Below, in pieces: positions 60,282 to 64,000 of a stretch of DNA of 64,000 nt. How positions within the stretch are numbered: the first letter of the stretch is position 1; every line of letters starts with the position of its first letter. The notes below the pieces were generated by a model, which did no database searches, was not told where the DNA came from, and saw nothing but the letters and a program-made list of their open reading frames with translations. Source of the DNA: an uncultured delta proteobacterium. Lineage in GTDB: Bacteria > Myxococcota_A > Polyangia > Fen-1088. The DNA is taken from contig CAVTRY010000013.1 in the NCBI GenBank assembly GCA_963737265.1, forward strand, positions 352,001 to 416,000, given 5' to 3'. A program made the translations under genes and the position numbers.

Positions 60282-61752
60282 ATGACGTACTCATCGCTGA
60301 CCAGAGCGTGCGCTGCATGCATGGGTGTGCTCGGCATGCTCGCCTGGCTTGACGGCTGCGATGGCGGTGGAGGCACGGCGGGCGCGGGCGGCGCGACGGG
60401 AACCGGCGGTACATCGAGCACCGGCGGAACCTCGGGCACGGGTAGCACATCGAGCACCGGCGGAACCTCGGGCACGGGTGGCACATCGAGCGCCGGCGGA
60501 ACCTCGAGCGCGGGTGGCACATCGAGCACCGGCGGGGCGGGTGCGGGCGGCTCGTCGGGCGGAGGCAGAACCTCGTCGAGCACGGGCGGCGCATCGGCCG
60601 CGGGCGGCACATTCGCGGCCGGTGGGACGTTCGAGCACGGGGGGAACGTCGGGTACGGGCGGCGTGTCGAACACGGGCGGCTCTTCGGCACCGCGTGACG
60701 GCGGCGCCAACCCGGATAGCTCTCCCGCCCCGGATGGCAGGCCCGACACGGGCGAGGGCGGGCCGGCCAGCGTCCGGCTGCAGGGACGTTTCGACATGAC
60801 GGACGCCACGCGGCCGTCCTTCGGCTGGTCTGGTAGTGCGATGATCGCGCGCTTCCAGGGCACCGGCGCCAACTTGCGCATCGACGGCAGCCCCAACCAG
60901 TTCGCGGTGGTCGTGGACGGCACGCTGGTTTCGCAAGTTCTCAAGGTCGTGAGCGGCACCACGCAATACACACTGGCGAGCGGCCTTTCCTCGGGCGTAC
61001 ACGACGTGGTGGTTTGGCGTCGCACCGAGGGCAACCAGGGCGAGAACCGCTTCCTTGGCCTCGACGTCGTGGGCGGGCAACTGCAAGCCCCTCCGGCGCA
61101 AGTCGATCGCCGCATCGAGATCTATGGCGACTCGATCACCGCAGGCTATGGAATGGATGGGGCCGGGCCGAACTGTGCTTTTACGCCCGACACGGAAGAC
61201 CACTACTTGACCTACGGCGCGCTGACGGCGCGCACGCTGGGCGCCGATCTCCACACCATCGCGTGGTCGGGCATCGGGATGTACCGAAACTACGGCGTCA
61301 GCGGCGCATCGCCCGATGCCATGCCGTCGGTGTACGCACGCACCCTGCCCACGCAGTCGGGCAGCGTGTGGGACTTCACCATCTGGCAACCGCATGCGGT
61401 GGTCATCAATCTGGGAACCAACGACGCCTCGACCAATGGAGATCCCGGCACGCCCTACGAGACCGCCTACCTGAGCTTCGTGCGCAACCTGCGCCAGAAA
61501 TACCCGAACACCTTTTTCGTGCTCACCATCGGACCCATGCTGGGCGGCAGCAGCCTCGCGGCCATCAGAGGGCACCTCCAAAATGTGATTTCGACCCGCG
61601 GCAGCGAGGGCGATACCAAGATGTCCTATCTTGAGTTCCCGGTGCAGGATGCGGCGGATGGTCTCGGTTGTGATTGGCACCCCAGCCCGACGACCAACGC
61701 CAAGATGGCAACCCTGCTCACCGCCGAACTCAAGACACGCCTAGGCTGGTAG
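60282..61752 (+). CDS. SGNH hydrolase (CE2-like esterase) lipoprotein; frameshift near 60640
   Basis: IEIYGDSITAGYG, AWSG, NLGTND, DWHP; Gly-rich linker; frameshift in a G run. Confidence 0.85.
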
Positions 61753-61798
61753 CAGCCGCCAACCCCGGAATCGGGTCTGCCGCCGCTGGTGGAAACCG

Positions 61799-62101
61799 AC
61801 TGTCCGCCGCTGCAGCAAGCGCATCCTCCGCTTCCTCCAGCGCCACGGCGTCATCGCCCTCGTCACCGCTCCCGGCGATGGCGAAGTCACCGTCGTCAGC
61901 GACGAGTCGATGGCCGAGCAAGACCCGCTGCCGGCCAAGCTTTTGGCCGCCGCCACCGCTGGCGAGGCGCCCGCGGGTCCCGCCAGCAAGCGTTAGCCCG
62001 TGCGCATCGTGCTCCACCCCGACGACCGCCCCGTCACCAAGGGCATCTTGTGCGCGCAGGCCCACGGCTTCAACCTGCAAGCCGCCACCCGGGTTGGAGC
62101 A
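61799..62101 (+). pseudogene. IS91-family transposase internal fragment
   Basis: KRILRFLQRHG...PAGPASKR*...CAQAHGFNLQAATRV, with an in-frame stop. Confidence 0.65.
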
Positions 62102-62128
62102 TGGTACTGTGAGAAAACACAAAACGAA

Positions 62129-62199
62129 GAGCCGTATGCCTAAATTGGGCACGTACGGTTCTGTGAGGAGCGCCGGCCTAAAGCCGGTGTTTACTTGAT
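62129..62199 (+). ncRNA. Group II intron domains V-VI (3' remnant)
   Basis: GAGCCGTATGCC...GGCACGTACGGTTC (DV, AGC triad), TGTGAG linker, DVI hairpin with bulged A, ends in AT. Confidence 0.85.
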
Positions 62200-62210
62200 G
62201 GTCAAGACAC

Positions 62211-62418
62211 CTAGAGCACCGAACGGTTTGACTCCCGTCGTGAAATCGCGCATTTGCGTCGCGTCCCTGCGTTGCTCGTCGGTCAAATACGTCGAGTATT
62301 CTCCCTCGGCACCCGCCACCCACCCCACCGTCCCCTCGCTTCGCTCGGCCTCGCCGCGCCTTGGGCCGCTCGCAACTGCGCAATTTCACTCGGTCCCTCA
62401 AACCGTTCGGTGCTCTAG
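62211..62418. mobile_element. MITE C (CTAG-flanked)
   Basis: Perfect IR CTAGAGCACCGAACGGTTTGA / TCAAACCGTTCGGTGCTCTAG. Confidence 0.85.
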
Positions 62419-62485
62419 GGAGCAAGGGGTTCTCGAACAGAAAATCCTCCTTCGAAAAGGGCCGTGCACACCGAAAGGAAGGGTC

Positions 62486-64000
62486 ATGAAGCGAGCAATG
62501 AGAAGCGCACTCCTGGCAATCGTGGTTCTTGGTTTCGCGGCAGCCGGTACCTCGTGCTCGAGCGATTCCGGCAGGTCCAACGGATCGGGCGGCGCGGGGA
62601 TCGGCGGTGCAGGGCGCGGAGGCGGAGGCCAGGGCGCGGGCGGTGCAAGCGCGGGGGCCGGCGGCGCTGCGATTGGGTTCGGTGGCACGACAGGGATCGG
62701 CGGCGCGACCGGCAACGGTGGCGCGACCGGCAACGGTGGCGCGACCGGCAACGGTGGCGCGACTGGCGGCGGTGGAGCGAAGGACGCGGGTGGCGCGGCG
62801 GGCACGGGTGGTGCGACCGGCAACGGTGGCGCGGCCGCCGGCGGCGGTGGTGCAAAGGACGCGGGGGGCGCGGCGGACGGTGCGGCCGTGGGGGGTGGCA
62901 GCGGGCAGCCAGCGGGAGGCGTCGCAGGTGGCAGCGGGGGAACGGGACCGAGCTCCGGCGGTGCGCTCGGAACGGCGGGCGCGTCCGGGAGCGGTGGCGC
63001 GTCCGCCGCGGGCGTCATCCAGAACGACGTATTCTGGAAGGATACGTCGGGTAACCCGATCTACTCGCAGAGCGGCACCGTTATCCAGGTGGGCGGCACT
63101 TACTATTGGTACGGCGACAAATACGCGGGGGCGGTCACGTACGCGGCGAACCCCACCGCAAAGAATTCGGGCACCACCTTCGAGGGGGTGACGTGTTACT
63201 CGTCAACCGACCTCGTCCACTGGAAATTCGAAAACATCGTCCTTCCGCAAAGCGCGGTTCCGAATTCCACCAATCAGGATTGGTTCGGCCGGATGGGCGT
63301 GGTCCACAACCTCAAGACCGGCAAATACGTGCTGGTCATCGCCTACGTTCAGTTGGGGGGGATCGCGCCCGGGAGCTGTTCGCGACGAGCAGCACGCCGA
63401 CCGGAAGCTTCACCTTCGATCACATCCAAGAGAACCTCGATGGCGTGGCGACCAACGAGCCGGGTGACCAGACGGTGTTTACCGACGACGACGGACAGGC
63501 GTACCTCATCCTTTCGAGCGCTAACGGGCGAGCGAATCTCTACGTGGTGCCGTTGCGCGCCGCGGACTTTTTGGCGACCGACTCGGCGACTCTCGTGTTC
63601 CATGGTCCCGGCCGTGAGGGCAACTGCATGTTCAAGTACAACGGCCGCTACTATTTCAACTCGTCCGATTTGCATGGCTGGAACGCTTCGCACACGTACA
63701 CGATTTCTGCGACCAACATCATGGGCCCGTACTCCGCCGAAACCGTCATGGCGAACACGGACGCGGACTTTTCGCATGTTACGCAGACAGGGTTCTTCAT
63801 CACCGTGCATGGGTCGCAGCAGACGACCGTGATCTTCGCCGGTGACAGGTGGAGCGATTTTGCGGGCAACGGGATCGGGTTCAACCAGTGGATGCCCCTC
63901 ACCTTCGCGGGCAGCGCGCCGCAGTTCCAGTCGCTCAGTCAATGGTCGCTCGATGCGCGGGCCGGCACCTGGAGCGTGGGTCCGGGAAACAACTACGCCC
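62486..64000 (+). CDS. GH43-family glycoside hydrolase lipoprotein (runs off window end); frameshift near 63358
   Basis: WKDTSGNPI, YYWYG, YSSTDLVHW, then GDQTVF, REGNCMFKYNGRYY, HGWN; GGATGN repeats. Confidence 0.85.

Noticed and set aside
4750-63360. Programmed frameshifting or phase variation at about 4755, 15450, 28070, 37825, 48845, 60640 and 63358
   Set aside because: Scattered small indels in unrelated genes, several in G runs, fit sequencing or assembly error better; read data are needed to settle it

Overview
GC-rich window, probably from a myxobacterium (Polyangia-like; inferred from Gly-rich lipoproteins, a MYXO-CTERM remnant, TonB-fused receptors and a Ser/Thr kinase-FHA pair). 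Several frameshifts, some in homopolymer runs, look like assembly errors. Contents: (1) 1-13.4 kb, a TonB/ExbBD uptake locus with a PhoB-like regulator, a PstS-like protein, an OprO/P-like porin and PHO-box-like repeats. (2) 18.5-25.4 kb, an integron cassette array on the - strand (attI-like site, about 8 whole or eroded attC sites, no intI in the window) made almost entirely of toxin-antitoxin cassettes. One attC is split by an IS110/IS1111-type element whose 3' non-coding end carries two tandem RNA modules with loops matching the attC insertion site, plus a candidate donor-binding loop. This putative two-guide bridge/seek RNA is the top finding. (3) A 43-bp hairpin repeat array, surface CAZymes and an island relic at tRNA-Pro. 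(4) A second TonB locus near a BtuCDF-like ABC transporter, then housekeeping genes. (5) Three CTAG-flanked MITEs with different terminal repeats but one shared structured core, an IS91 fragment, a group II intron 3' end and a GxxExxY gene bracketed by inverted repeats. All calls come from manual motif reading; no database searches were run.
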